Assembly: GCA_951406725.2 (NCBI GenBank)
Contig: OX597815.1
Span: forward strand, 47,058,001-47,122,000
Direction: 5' to 3'
Length of the DNA: 64,000 nucleotides
From: Octopus vulgaris
Lineage: Eukaryota
Under the pieces are notes generated by a model. The model searched no databases and was not told the origin of the DNA. It saw nothing but the letters and a program-made list of their open reading frames with translations. A program made the translations under genes and the position numbers. This document shows, piece after piece, positions 12,777 through 26,091 of the stretch. Positions within the stretch are counted from its first letter, which is position 1. Each line of letters starts with the position of its first letter.

Positions 12777-13339
12777 AGAAATGTTTTCTATATAGTATTG
12801 GCCATCATGGTTGTTGTGTGTCCGCAAAAAACTAACATTTCTTGACTGTTTATCTCTGATGATAAGCCTTTGTGTCTGAAATACATTATTCTTTCCGTCT
12901 TCACTATTTTGTTATTTTAATTCTTTCACACAATGCTTCGAGCAAGCTTCAACGCTCTTCATTCCTAGACTTATCTTTTATTGCACTTTAAATTCATTCA
13001 TGAGTGACATTTTCACATGTGCATCTTTTGAAGAGTGTAAATTCTATTGCCCAAGTAGCCTCATTTTTATGTTGGCCATAAGAATGTTTGGCCGGAATGA
13101 TCAGTTGTAACTACGTGCGTATTCCTGTTCTATTGGTGCTGATGAGTGCGTTTTCCTCCATCTCTTTAATTACGCTTTAAGTAGCGGAACCATCAATGTG
13201 GGTCACAGACAATGGCGAAGTCTCCCACTTTGGAAAGGTTTCATATCGCTCCACGAGGCCTATGTAGTTTCGCACCTCTCCATGAAATATGCATTTTTTA
13301 AAAACATTTTTCTAGATTAATACGTTTTAGATGTCGGAG

Positions 13340-13340
<1 letters not shown>

Positions 13341-13413
<73 letters not shown>
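13341..13413. repeat. (TTA)n tract flanking the 3' end of the Dong/R4 element
   Basis: Direct reading of the sequence. Confidence 0.98.
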
Positions 13414-14965
<1,552 letters not shown>

Positions 14966-15269
14966 GTATATTCGGAATCTCCGACATCTAAAACGTAGGA
15001 ATCCGGAAAAAGTTTTTTAAAAAAATGCATTTTTCAAGGAGAGGGGCGAAACTGTATTAGTCCCCGCTCCTCTTCAGATGTGTTAGGAAGGATTCATTAG
15101 ATAATGTGTTTATAAATACACTGTTACTGGACAAAAAGACGAGATAACCATACAGAGAAAAGTATTTGATCATATATCTGTTTGATCAGAGTTTCTTGAG
15201 AAACATTCCTACAAACATATTCCCTTGTACTGCAATCATGTAACATATCGCAATTACATATACACACAC

Positions 15270-15625
15270 GCTATGTTCTTTGCAACTACATGGTTGCAGG
15301 TTCAATCTAACTGCTCGGCAACTTGGACAAGTGTCTACTATAGCCCCTGATCAACCAATGCCTTGGAAGTGATCTTGGTAACCGGAAACTGAATTTCCGT
15401 CGTGCGCGAATGTGTGTGTGCGCCTATCCTTATTACCGCTTGACAACTGATTTTAGTTCTTTTACATTCTCGTTACTAAATGGTTCGGTAAACGAGACCG
15501 ACAAAATAAGTACCAGACTTTTAAAAAGGGTACTGTATTTGATTTACGATCGACTTACGATCCTTCACGGCTATTCCCCAGCAGGATTGCTCTCCAATGA
15601 TTGAAACAAGTGAAAGATAAAAGAT
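15270..15625 (+). mobile_element. SINE family B (CORE-like), decayed
   Basis: CATGGTTGCAGGTTCAATC..CTTGGACAAGTGTCTACTATAGCC..CGGAAACTGAA..tail ATGATTGAAACAAGTGAAAGATAAAAGA. Confidence 0.75.
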
Positions 15626-15706
15626 ACATGAAAAGAAGGGGGATGTAAAAGACACATACAATTACAGCGATGTAAATGTATACACATAAGCCTACATAAA
15701 TAAATG

Positions 15707-16152
15707 TGTGATGGAGTTTCACCCGAAATTCATACCGCCTGTAATAGACACCCGGTCAGGATAAACTAGGGAAAATCTGCAGTAGCAGTTGCGGTCGCAC
15801 TTGGCGAGGCGCGACCTACTAATAGTGCAATGCCCTGCACATGCATCCCGACTACACTGACCACATAATATAAAGAAGACGGCGGTACGTGCAGACCTCT
15901 GCAGCCCGGTAACACACGCAACGGAATTGACTTGTGGAGCTGTGCTTTATTTGGGAAGAAACGGTAATAGGAATGGCTGGTTCCTATGAAACGAGTGCTA
16001 GGTTACTAATTGACGCATTCGCACACGGATGAGATCTAAGATATCCGTCATGAAAGGGAGATGCAACTTGTACAGCACCATGCTGACATTGTGTAAAATC
16101 CTATGTAAAATCACAAGAAACTAAGTTAATACTAAGATTAATGGGTGTTACA
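15707..16152. mobile_element. Probable solo LTR, 446 bp
   Basis: Begins TGTGATG and ends GTGTTACA. Flanked by the 4-bp direct repeat AATG (15703-15706 and 16153-16156). GC-richer than its flanks. Confidence 0.55.
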
Positions 16153-16279
16153 AATGTTTGACATTAAAATATTATTACGGGTTCGAACGTACCACAAGTA
16201 TATTTGAACTGGTAATAACATTGCAAAAATATTATACTGACGCTCTTCAAAGCTTTTGAGCGATTCAAAATATTTGTAA

Positions 16280-16958
16280 CTAGCAGTATCGCCCGCCGTT
16301 GCTCGGGTTTGTAAGGGAAATAACTATATAAGCATTTTTAGAGAGTTATAGCAAAAAAAAATAGCAAAAAAATGCATTAAAAATGGAATAAAAAATGATG
16401 GTAATTTTTTTTTAAATCGTTGACTCATCGTAGACATTTTTAGAGAGTTACTTCCCTTATATAATAGCGAAAAAATGCATTAAAATGGAAAAAATTGATT
16501 GTAAATTTTTTTTTTAAAATCGTAGACTCATGTAGACGCTTTCTTAGCCATTTTTGTTTTGGTGTCTTCAAGCCATGAAGTCGTTGTTCTAAAAGAACGC
16601 TGGTCTCCTTGACAACGCATTACGACGTTGATTTCTTTACACTCCCATCCCCACAGCTTCCCGAGGGAGGGAAGAAGGGGGAGAAGCAACACAGGTGCAG
16701 CTGTGAGCGTGGACGCCAACTCCGCCGCCATCGACACACGAAAAAATATGTATTAAAATGGAATAAAAAATGATGTTAAATTATTTTTAAAATCGTAGAC
16801 TCATCGTAGACGCGCGCTAATACCCAGACGGGCTCGATATGAATCACGACTATAAGATACCCGAATTTGGTTAAACTGCACCGCAAAATGTGGGTGTAGT
16901 TAGGAATCTAAATCGAAGGGGACAGACACTCACACAACTACAGTTTTATATATATAGA
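16280..16958 (-). mobile_element. Non-autonomous Helitron
   Basis: On the minus strand it starts TCTATATATATAAAA and ends with the hairpin CCCGAGCAACGGCGGG followed by CGATACTGCTAG. Inserted between A and T with no TSD. Carries internal tandem subrepeats. Confidence 0.85.
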
Positions 16959-17589
16959 TTTACTTATGCATGTGTTACTTGCAATCTAACTTAGAGTAGA
17001 AATGGAAAAGAGATGCTTCATCATTTGAAAACACACTCGCTGCATAAAGAAACAGTTTGGTTAATGATAATTTCTTTCTGGTGAGGCAAGGGAGAGGACT
17101 AGGAAACTGAAATTGATCGAAGGCTGTGAGTAGTTATACTAATCTTTTGTAACTCCGGTGGTTGTCCAAAGTACATTTCAGTTTTATTAGACCTTCTCAA
17201 CGGAGTTTAGCCTAGCACATAATCAATTTTAGAATGATTAAGCACATGTTAAAGTAGAAGATGAATTGTATTAGGGTGACATAGTTTGTTGTCCAATAAA
17301 CTATGAATAAAGAATATACGCAGAGAAGTAGAATTGTGCTATGACTACAAAAGTTTGTTCTGCTGCATAAGTGTAGGTTTTGTATGATGTAAATGTTTTG
17401 CTTCGTTTCGTTTAAAATATATACGCCTGTAAATAGATGCATTTATGTTGAGAAAACCAACGTATGCATGTGTGCGCTTGCTTATCCCCAAATAAATGTA
17501 TGCGTACATACTGTACGAACACGCATAAATGCGCAAGCACATAGCCTACGAACACAAACACTCACACACACAAGGAGTGCGGGAGCGTG

Positions 17590-17634
<45 letters not shown>

Positions 17635-18193
17635 TAGCGGAACATGGGTGAGCGAAAGCGATTATAATAGATAGAGACATATCTATTGCCAACAATGTCC
17701 ATATCATTAAACATCTGACGTTGTACTGTACACACGTACAAGCACACAAAAGTACAAATAAAATAAGTACTCACTAATTTGGATATATGTGCGTGCGCCT
17801 GTTATTAGAATTCGTGAGAATATTTACGTATACATATTCCAAACAGCTTTTAATACAAATCTTAAAATAACCGTTACCAATTTTCACGTAGGGTTTATGA
17901 GAGGGGAAACTAATTTCAAAGATATAAAATTGTCCATGCATTCAAATGTATCGCATTAGTTACCTAATATCATATCAATTATATCGTATTCCATGCTTCT
18001 GTTGAACGTGTATACATGTGTACACACGCATATTAACGCATGGATGTATGTACATACTGATAGTTGTTAGTGAAATAGGGAATAAATATGTATATATGTA
18101 TTTATAATTATATAATTATGAATAATACATTTGGAAATGTCCGTATTCTCATATATACATATGCACATGTATGTCTGTATGTATGTATGCATT

Positions 18194-18292
<99 letters not shown>

Positions 18293-18433
18293 GTGTGTGT
18301 AGAGTTTAATGAGCGAGTGAAAAGTAATTCAATACCACACTAAAGTGCAATTGTTTATTTAGACCGACGCAAACTCGTAAACTTCGATATACAGTTTTTG
18401 ACAACGGAGACCACCCTCAGTCTACTCGGACTG

Positions 18434-18490
<57 letters not shown>

Positions 18491-18689
18491 GCGAGTTCAC
18501 TCAGCTTTACATTACTCAAAATTTCATAGGTGCAGGTCATGTGAATAGCATGATAATTTAAATATCTGCTTTAACATGGTAGACGAGACACTGTAATGGC
18601 GTCAGGTACTCGGTGACCTGTAGTGTTTTGGAAATACTCGACTTCCATCTCGATTGTTAAGAAATTGTTAGTTCCGCAATGTTTCCGAC

Positions 18690-20020
18690 TGGGTAAAAAT
18701 GGAAGAGGATCCCATTGCGCGACACATGCATAAGAAGTTATGACGGGGCCGAAGTCGCTGACTTCTTCGGATTATTTATCCTGGATACTTCAAAAACTTA
18801 AACAATCTTCAGTTCAATCCTTCACAAGGATAATGTCCTGGCAGTCTTAAGCCACATCACAAGTAAGCTGAAGAAGAATCTCATAAAGATCTTATATAAT
18901 AGTTATTACCAATTGAAATAAAGTCATTGCTTTATTCTTTTACTTGTTTCAGTCATTTGACTGTGGCCATGCTGGAGCATCGCCTTTAGTTGATCAAATC
19001 GACCCCAGGACTTATTCTTTGTAAGCCTAGTACTTATTATATCGGGATCTTTTGCCGAATCGTTAGGTAACGCGGACGCAAACGCACCAGCATCGGTTGT
19101 CAAGCAATGTTGTGGGTGGGGGAACCAACACAGACACAAACATACACACACACATACACACACATATATGTATATACGACAAGCTTCTTTCAGTTTCCGT
19201 CAACTAAATCCACTCTCAAGGCTTTGGTCGGCCCGAGGCTATAGTAGAAGACACTTGCCCAAGGTGTAACGCAGTGAGACTGAACCCCGAACCGTGTGGT
19301 TGGTAAGCAAGCTACTTACCACACAGCCACTCCTGCGCCTAGTTGAAGAAGGTCATAGTTGAAGAAGAATCTTATAAAGGTCTTATATAATAGTTATTAC
19401 CAATTTAAATAAGGTCGACTTCTTGGATATTACTCTAAGCTTCAAGACAGATACATACCATGCTTAAAAAGATCTTTACAAGTAATCTGATTATATCAAT
19501 AGGAATAACAACTGAACCCATCCACAATTATAACTGGAAACCTGGTCAAAGACATTGGCAGAAGAATCTCTGATTTTTGGCCACAACCCAATAGTAAGCG
19601 ACATGCGCGATGAGGGGTTTCATAGATAGTTTAATTTATATGGGTCTTCGCAACCATGCACTCAAACACGAAGAGAGAAATATATTCTTGTTCAATCTTC
19701 TATTCAGTCAAGCTGTATCAACAACTGTAGGTAGAAGCTTCCTGTTACTAATTAGATACCACATCCCAAGTACTATTAAATAAGCATAAACTCTTTAATA
19801 TCGAAAATCTTAAGGTTAGCTACTCATACTTAGAAAGAATTGCTTCCAACACAGCACGCTGCAACAGAAACAAGCTCACAGACTCCACATTCCAACCTGT
19901 AACTGTCGGAATCCAACCAACTTATTACTGGTAAGATATTTCTCCTAAAAGCTGTAATCTACAGTGCCACACTAACACAGTACTGTTATCAAATTATGTA
20001 GCTAAACAGTTGATGAAGAC
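18690..20020 (+). mobile_element. Decayed Penelope-like element of a second clade (WFNPP-motif type), interrupted by a SINE
   Basis: Peptide islands in the expected order: SYDGAEVADFFGLFILD (about 18736), HKDNVLAVL (YRDDG-like), KVDFLDITL (about 19411), RNIFLFNLLFSQAVSTTVGRSFLLLIRYHIP..HKLFNIENLKVSYS, KAVIYSATL. Confidence 0.75.
18926..19340 (-). mobile_element. SINE family B (CORE-like), full length
   Basis: Reverse complement reads AGGCGCAGGAGTGGCTGTGTGGTAAG..GGTTCAGTC..CACCTTGGGCAAGTGTCTTC, then an internal microsatellite, then the tail ATGACTGAAACAAGTAAAAGAATAAAG. Confidence 0.92.
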
Positions 20021-20076
20021 TAGAGATATTTCAATACTAAACATGTTTTACTAAGATTAAGCTGGATCAGGTAAGT

Positions 20077-20229
<153 letters not shown>

Positions 20230-20328
20230 TGTTTCAAAAAGAAAATATAACCTACACGTGGAAAAGATATAGGGAAAGTAAAAAGAAAAAAAAAGCGAAA
20301 ATAGACATTGGATATCAAAAAAATAGAG

Positions 20329-20617
20329 GCTTTTTTTTAAATGAAAAGTACCGATAAATAAATACAATTAGATGAACTGAGGTAGAATTAAGAGGAATTA
20401 AATTCATTATTTTGAATTTTTAAAGTGATTCAAAGTCAAACCGGTGTCATCATTGTTGTTCACTGGCTTTGATTGCGCACCACAGTGAACAGCAATGATG
20501 GCACAGGTTTGACTTTGAATCTCTTTAACAATTCAAAATAATGAATTTAATTCCTCTTAATTCTACCTCAGTTAATCTAATTGTATTTATTTATCGCTAC
20601 TTATCATAAAAAAAGCT
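20329..20617. repeat. Long fold-back palindrome (arms about 135 bp, 17-nt loop at 20466-20482)
   Basis: GATAAATAAATACAATTAGATGAACTGAGG..TTGTTCACTG is mirrored by CAGTGAACAG..CCTCAGTTAATCTAATTGTATTTATTTATC, with a few mismatches. Confidence 0.95.
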
Positions 20618-20662
20618 TTTTGACGTTCAATATGCATATTCACTATTTTTATTCTTACTCCC

Positions 20663-20714
<52 letters not shown>

Positions 20715-20814
20715 TAAACATAGCTGTGCGATTAAGAAATTCCTTTTGCTGTCATGTGACTTCGGGGGAAGTCTGTGTGCGCGCGTGTGTATGCACTTAT
20801 ATTGAACGATACTT

Positions 20815-21029
20815 AAGGCGGTGAGCTGGCAGAAACGTTAGCACGCCGGGCGAAATGTTTAGCCCTATTTCGTCTGCCGTTACGTTCTGAGTTCAAATTC
20901 CGCCGAGGTCGACTTTGCCTTTCATCCTTTCGGGGTCGATAAATTAAGTACCAGTTGCGCACTAGGGGTTATCTAACCGACTGGCCCCGTTCCCCAAAAT
21001 TTCGGGCCTTGTGCCTAGAGTAGAAAAGC
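20815..21029 (+). mobile_element. SINE family A, tail type B
   Basis: Consensus match. Perfect 16-bp TSD ATATTGAACGATACTT at 20799-20814 and 21030-21045. Confidence 0.95.
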
Positions 21030-21329
21030 ATATTGAACGATACTTTTTTACACTTCCTTTCCTTGTTCGACTTCCGTATGTGTGATGTCGTTGAACTTTG
21101 GCGCCACGTTTATAGACTTTTCTCCTGTTACTTCTGTCATTAGAGTGGCGTGTCTTCATCAGTTTCGACTTGCACAAGGAAGCAGCTGCACAACATGGGA
21201 ACTTCAGAAGAATAGGTCTGTATGGGACACTTCTCCGTATATGCGTGTGTGAGTGTGTAAGACAAAAGGTCCTTCATGAGCCATTGGCTCATAAAGACGG
21301 TTTTCCGAATTATATTGTGGATGGAATGT

Positions 21330-21483
21330 CGGTCTGTCGCAGGTTTACTCCTTTTTGTCAGTTGTGTGGACTGGAGCAACTTGAAATGAACTGTTTTGCT
21401 CAAGAACACAACAAATTGCCAGGCTGGGGAATCGAAACCACATTCTTATGATCATAGATGCTTTACTCTAACCACTAAGCCAC
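21330..21483 (-). mobile_element. SINE family C, partial
   Basis: Reverse complement reads GTGGCTTAGTGGTTAGAG..GGTTTCGATTCCC..GTTCTTGAGCAAAAC..GTTGCTCCAGTCCAC. Confidence 0.8.
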
Positions 21484-21886
21484 ACACGCAAACACACACA
21501 CACACACACATACACACATACGTACGCATGCACTTTAAAATGGCCGCAACTCGATTTGGAACAATGCCATCAGTTCAATGTTCTCTTAAACATGAGGTAT
21601 GCAGATATGGGTTTTCAGTTCTTTTGAGGACCTACACTCTTTTTATGTGTTAACGATGGGCGCCTCTTGTAGCAGGTGTTGAGAGAACTCACCACCCATG
21701 TCGATACATGCTATTATTCATTGAGTGCTTCTCCTTTCTCGGTTACGGCCCACCCATAGTAACACACACACACACACGTGTGTTCGTTCGGGTAAACAGA
21801 AACATAGGATAAAATATAATCGCTCTTACACATGCACTGACATACACATACAGTGTGTGTCAGGGAGAGAGATAGGAAATAGGATG

Positions 21887-22011
<125 letters not shown>

Positions 22012-22575
22012 AGAGAGAGGGAGGGGGAGAGACCGAGAGAGGGAAAGACAAAAACAAAGATACAAGCTTATATGAAATGTTGAAAGGTTTCTTTTATTAA
22101 ATTGGTTTAACAGTTCTTATTTATATTCTAATAATTGCTGATTTTCTCTTGGAATGTGGGTGTGGATGTACTGTTGTGTATATGGCCCATAAAGTTAAAA
22201 CGTCTTATAGATAAGTTCGTAAATATGTATGTAAATATTTATTTCTGTACAGTAGCGACCTATCAGTCTAAATATCTATCTATAATTTTCTTCTTTGTAT
22301 GTAAGTGTTAGACAAGTTCTAGAGCATTAAATGAACTTGATTTTGTATGTGTATTTACATATACACATGCATATGTGATAGTCATACATCTGTGTATGCC
22401 TATTATGTATGCATAGTAGGTACACGCAGACAGGCAGACAGACACACACACATATACACACATACATATACACACTATACATACATATATACATATATGG
22501 ATTTACACACACATGCATATTACTATTTTTTATAAATACACATACAATAAGCAAATACATGTTTATAAATGAAGG

Positions 22576-22628
<53 letters not shown>

Positions 22629-22655
22629 TTATATCTATAAGTGCTTGTGTGTATG

Positions 22656-22702
<47 letters not shown>

Positions 22703-23224
22703 CTATATCTATAAGTACGTGTATGTATATATATATATATGTATGTATGTATATATATATATGATATACGCGCATATCATACGCCACACACAGATATTGT
22801 TGGTGTATACATACGTCTTATGAACTAACCATGCACACGCAGAACAATGCTATATACAATTAATAAAATATGAAATTACCAATAACAATGTTATTGGTAA
22901 TATATATATTTTTCTTAATTTCTTTCTCAAATTCTATAACCACCACACTCATTCAGAACACACCCCGATATTAAAATCTTCTTTGATGTAATAGCTTTAA
23001 TCGATAGATCGAATTTTTCTCATTCTATCGCTGGTCTAATAAAACAAGCCTGGAAGCCCTGAGGTTAATTGATATAACACATTTAAATAGAAACAACCAC
23101 AAGTTGGTTCCAGTGGTCGAATAATGATGATTTTTACCAATATGTAGCCACAGGGATTATTATTACTAAGACAGCAATCGTGATAGTGGTGGTGGAGGCA
23201 AGGACTTTTGAAATTGTCAAAATA

Positions 23225-23313
23225 ACTGTGGGTTGGTAGTTTGCTTCCCAACCACATGGCTCCGGTTTCAATCCCACAACTCGGCACATCAGAAACTGAA
23301 AAAGTCCGTCGTA

Positions 23314-23408
<95 letters not shown>

Positions 23409-23442
23409 AAATCTATCTATCTATCTTTCTACCCCTCACTCG

Positions 23443-23498
<56 letters not shown>

Positions 23499-23507
23499 GC
23501 ATACACA

Positions 23508-23605
<98 letters not shown>

Positions 23606-23705
23606 AAAAAAAATAGTACTGGCGTCAACTAATTCGACTAAAACCCTTCAAAGTGGAGCCCCAGAAGGGCTGCAGTGTGATGACTGAAACAAGGAAAAGA
23701 TAAAA
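23225..23705 (+). mobile_element. SINE family B with an expanded internal compound microsatellite (TATC)(CT)(TA)(CA)(TA)
   Basis: Family B head at 23225-23312 and tail ATGACTGAAACAAGGAAAAGATAAAA at about 23680 enclose the microsatellite. Confidence 0.75.
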
Positions 23706-23964
23706 AATATCTGTATGTTTTTCTTGTGGTGAGCAAGTTGTAACCATCAGATAAAAAGATACAATTCCAAATATATTTTATGTTATCATTGCTTATAATA
23801 CATATGAAAACGGTGGTTATACGGAACGAGGCCATCGTATCTTTGTGTTTTACCGCATGTAATAATGTAAAACGTCTTTGAATGCAGCCAAAATGAAACC
23901 AACGTTTTCACGCCTGTTTTCTACGTTTAAGTAACACCGGATTTGAATTTTACGAGCTAATGTA

Positions 23965-24146
23965 TGAGCTTCTATGTGGTAGCTTGAGTTGCTAAAATAC
24001 ACAGCTAAAGCTAACACAAATCACAGTTTGGCTATCGCAGTTCTGAATTCACTGGACCTAAGAAAATAGCAGGATGGTCACAGTTTGAATATCTTTGATC
24101 ACACGTCTGCTCGACCAGGGCTTTCATAGGTTTGGACAACAACAAC
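23965..24146 (+). mobile_element. SINE-like repeat family D
   Basis: GAGCTTCTATGTGG..TTGCTAAAATAC..AGGATGGTCACAG..CTTTGATCAC..GCTCGACCAGGGCT..ACAACAACAAC. Confidence 0.6.
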
Positions 24147-25773
24147 TTTGAGCACCCTTGAAAATATAATATGCTTTGATAATATTTTTGATTTCGGCGA
24201 TTAGATAAAAGTTCGCACCTCTCGTGTTATATATTCCCTTTCAAATGAATCGAAATAGATAGTCTTTCTTTCGGTGGGTATGAAACAATTGCCTGGTGAT
24301 AAGGGAAATGTGTCTGTGAACCAATAATCAAAGCCATTTCATTTACAAGACTCTATTATCTTGCTTAACGGTAAAGAGGAAGAAAAAGGAAATAGGACCA
24401 ATACTTAAAACCACGCAGCAAACTAAGTAGACCGATATTTCAATACGGTAGCTCTTGCTTGACCTCAAATCCGACTCTGTGCGAATTGACTGTGTTTCAA
24501 CCACGGCTAATTCGACATTCGTCTTGACATTGTTTACCCTGGATTATATTATCAAATATATACATTTATAAGATGATAGGAAGTAATCTGAATAATATTT
24601 GGTTGTTATTTCTAGCATGCCTATCAACTTTGCTATTAGCTCACGAGAATTTAGCTCAACTTTAAAAGTATTTATTATGTTTTCTATGCAATTTTTGCTT
24701 CGTTAATTATTTTTCATTATTTTCTCTCTAAAATATATAAAAAAAAAATTAACGTTATTTTCCTTGTTATATTATTTCACTGATCTTACAACTGATTTAC
24801 TCATACTGTCTCAGCAGATTTGTGTATCAAAATATTTAACCACGCTTCATTTCACTGAAAGCATCTATCAGAAATGAAAAGATGCGCCATTTTGAGGTAG
24901 AGGTGTTTTATTCAAATATTTGGTAGACGCTATTTGTCCAGATATTAGATGAACCATTAAGCAACTATAAGACAATAAACTCAGTGTTTATTCATATGAA
25001 TATGCAGACATGTTAAAGAGTGCTCAGGGAAATGGTATATTGCCACGAGTTCTCGTGAATACGCTGCTATAAATATTTGCATATTACTCTACTGACATGT
25101 ACTTTATGTAGATTTCTCTGCTTCCTTATCCTTCCCTTTTTCAGTTCTCTTTTACAGACAATCACACATGCTTATGTACACGTACATAGAGAAACAGACA
25201 ATTCACTATACAATGGAGGCTATTTATTTACCTTACATATGGAATTAGAATTTTAACAATGCTCTTGCGAGATGCACATTAAATAAAATTGTAATGAAAC
25301 ATTATTCAACGAACATTTTCCCACAACACTATCTCAAGACATTTTGTCTGGCCGCCATTTTGTCCTGTGACATTTCCCCTAATGAATCATACTAAATTTA
25401 ACGAGTTTGTAAGGATATAACAAAATACATAATTATTTCGTACGCCATTAGTTCAGTGTATATATATGATTAATTCATACATTACAAATAAAGAAGTGAG
25501 AATATTAACCTTGTTTATGTTTAACGCAATTTTTTCGAAGCAAAACCTTTGTAAAAGTGTCGCCGTTATATTTTATGTTTTAGTTTTAATGTTTTTCCGT
25601 TGAACAAAGATCACATGCCATTTAGTAAGTGATGACGTTCGGGCTAGCCGCGTATCTTCGACACGATTTCCAATCCAGTTGTGGAAGCCCACGTACTCCT
25701 AAATGTAATATTTCTGCGAAAAGCCATAAACGTTGCATATATATTCTATTTGTATATATGTATCTAGTTTACT

Positions 25774-26091
25774 GTGGAGGCGCAATGGTCCAGTGGTAAG
25801 GGCAACGGACTCGCAGTCGGAGGATCGCGGTTTTGATTCTCAGACCGAGCGTAGTATGTGTTTATTGAGCGAAAATACCTAAAAGCTCCACAAGGCTCCG
25901 GCAGGGGTGGCGGCGACCCCTGTTGTAGTCTTTCGCGCCAACTTTCTCTCACTCTTTCTTCCTGTTTCTTGAGCAACGCTGCGATGGACTGGCGTCCCGT
26001 CCAGTTGGGGAGAACACATACGCCATAGAAACCGGGATACACGGCCCATGGGTCTGGCTAGGATTGAAAAGGGTGAAAAAGGAAAAAGGGA
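25774..26091 (+). mobile_element. tRNA-derived SINE related to family C, full length
   Basis: Head GGAGGCGCAATGGTCCAGTGG..GGTTTTGATTC. The 3' part GCGATGGACTGGCGTCCCGTCCAG is shared with the 11.5 kb copy. TSD ATCTAGTTTACT at 25762-25773 and 26092-26103. Confidence 0.9.

Noticed and set aside
25628-25720. C/D box snoRNA (GTGATGA)
   Set aside because: No D box CTGA or terminal stem at a suitable distance.
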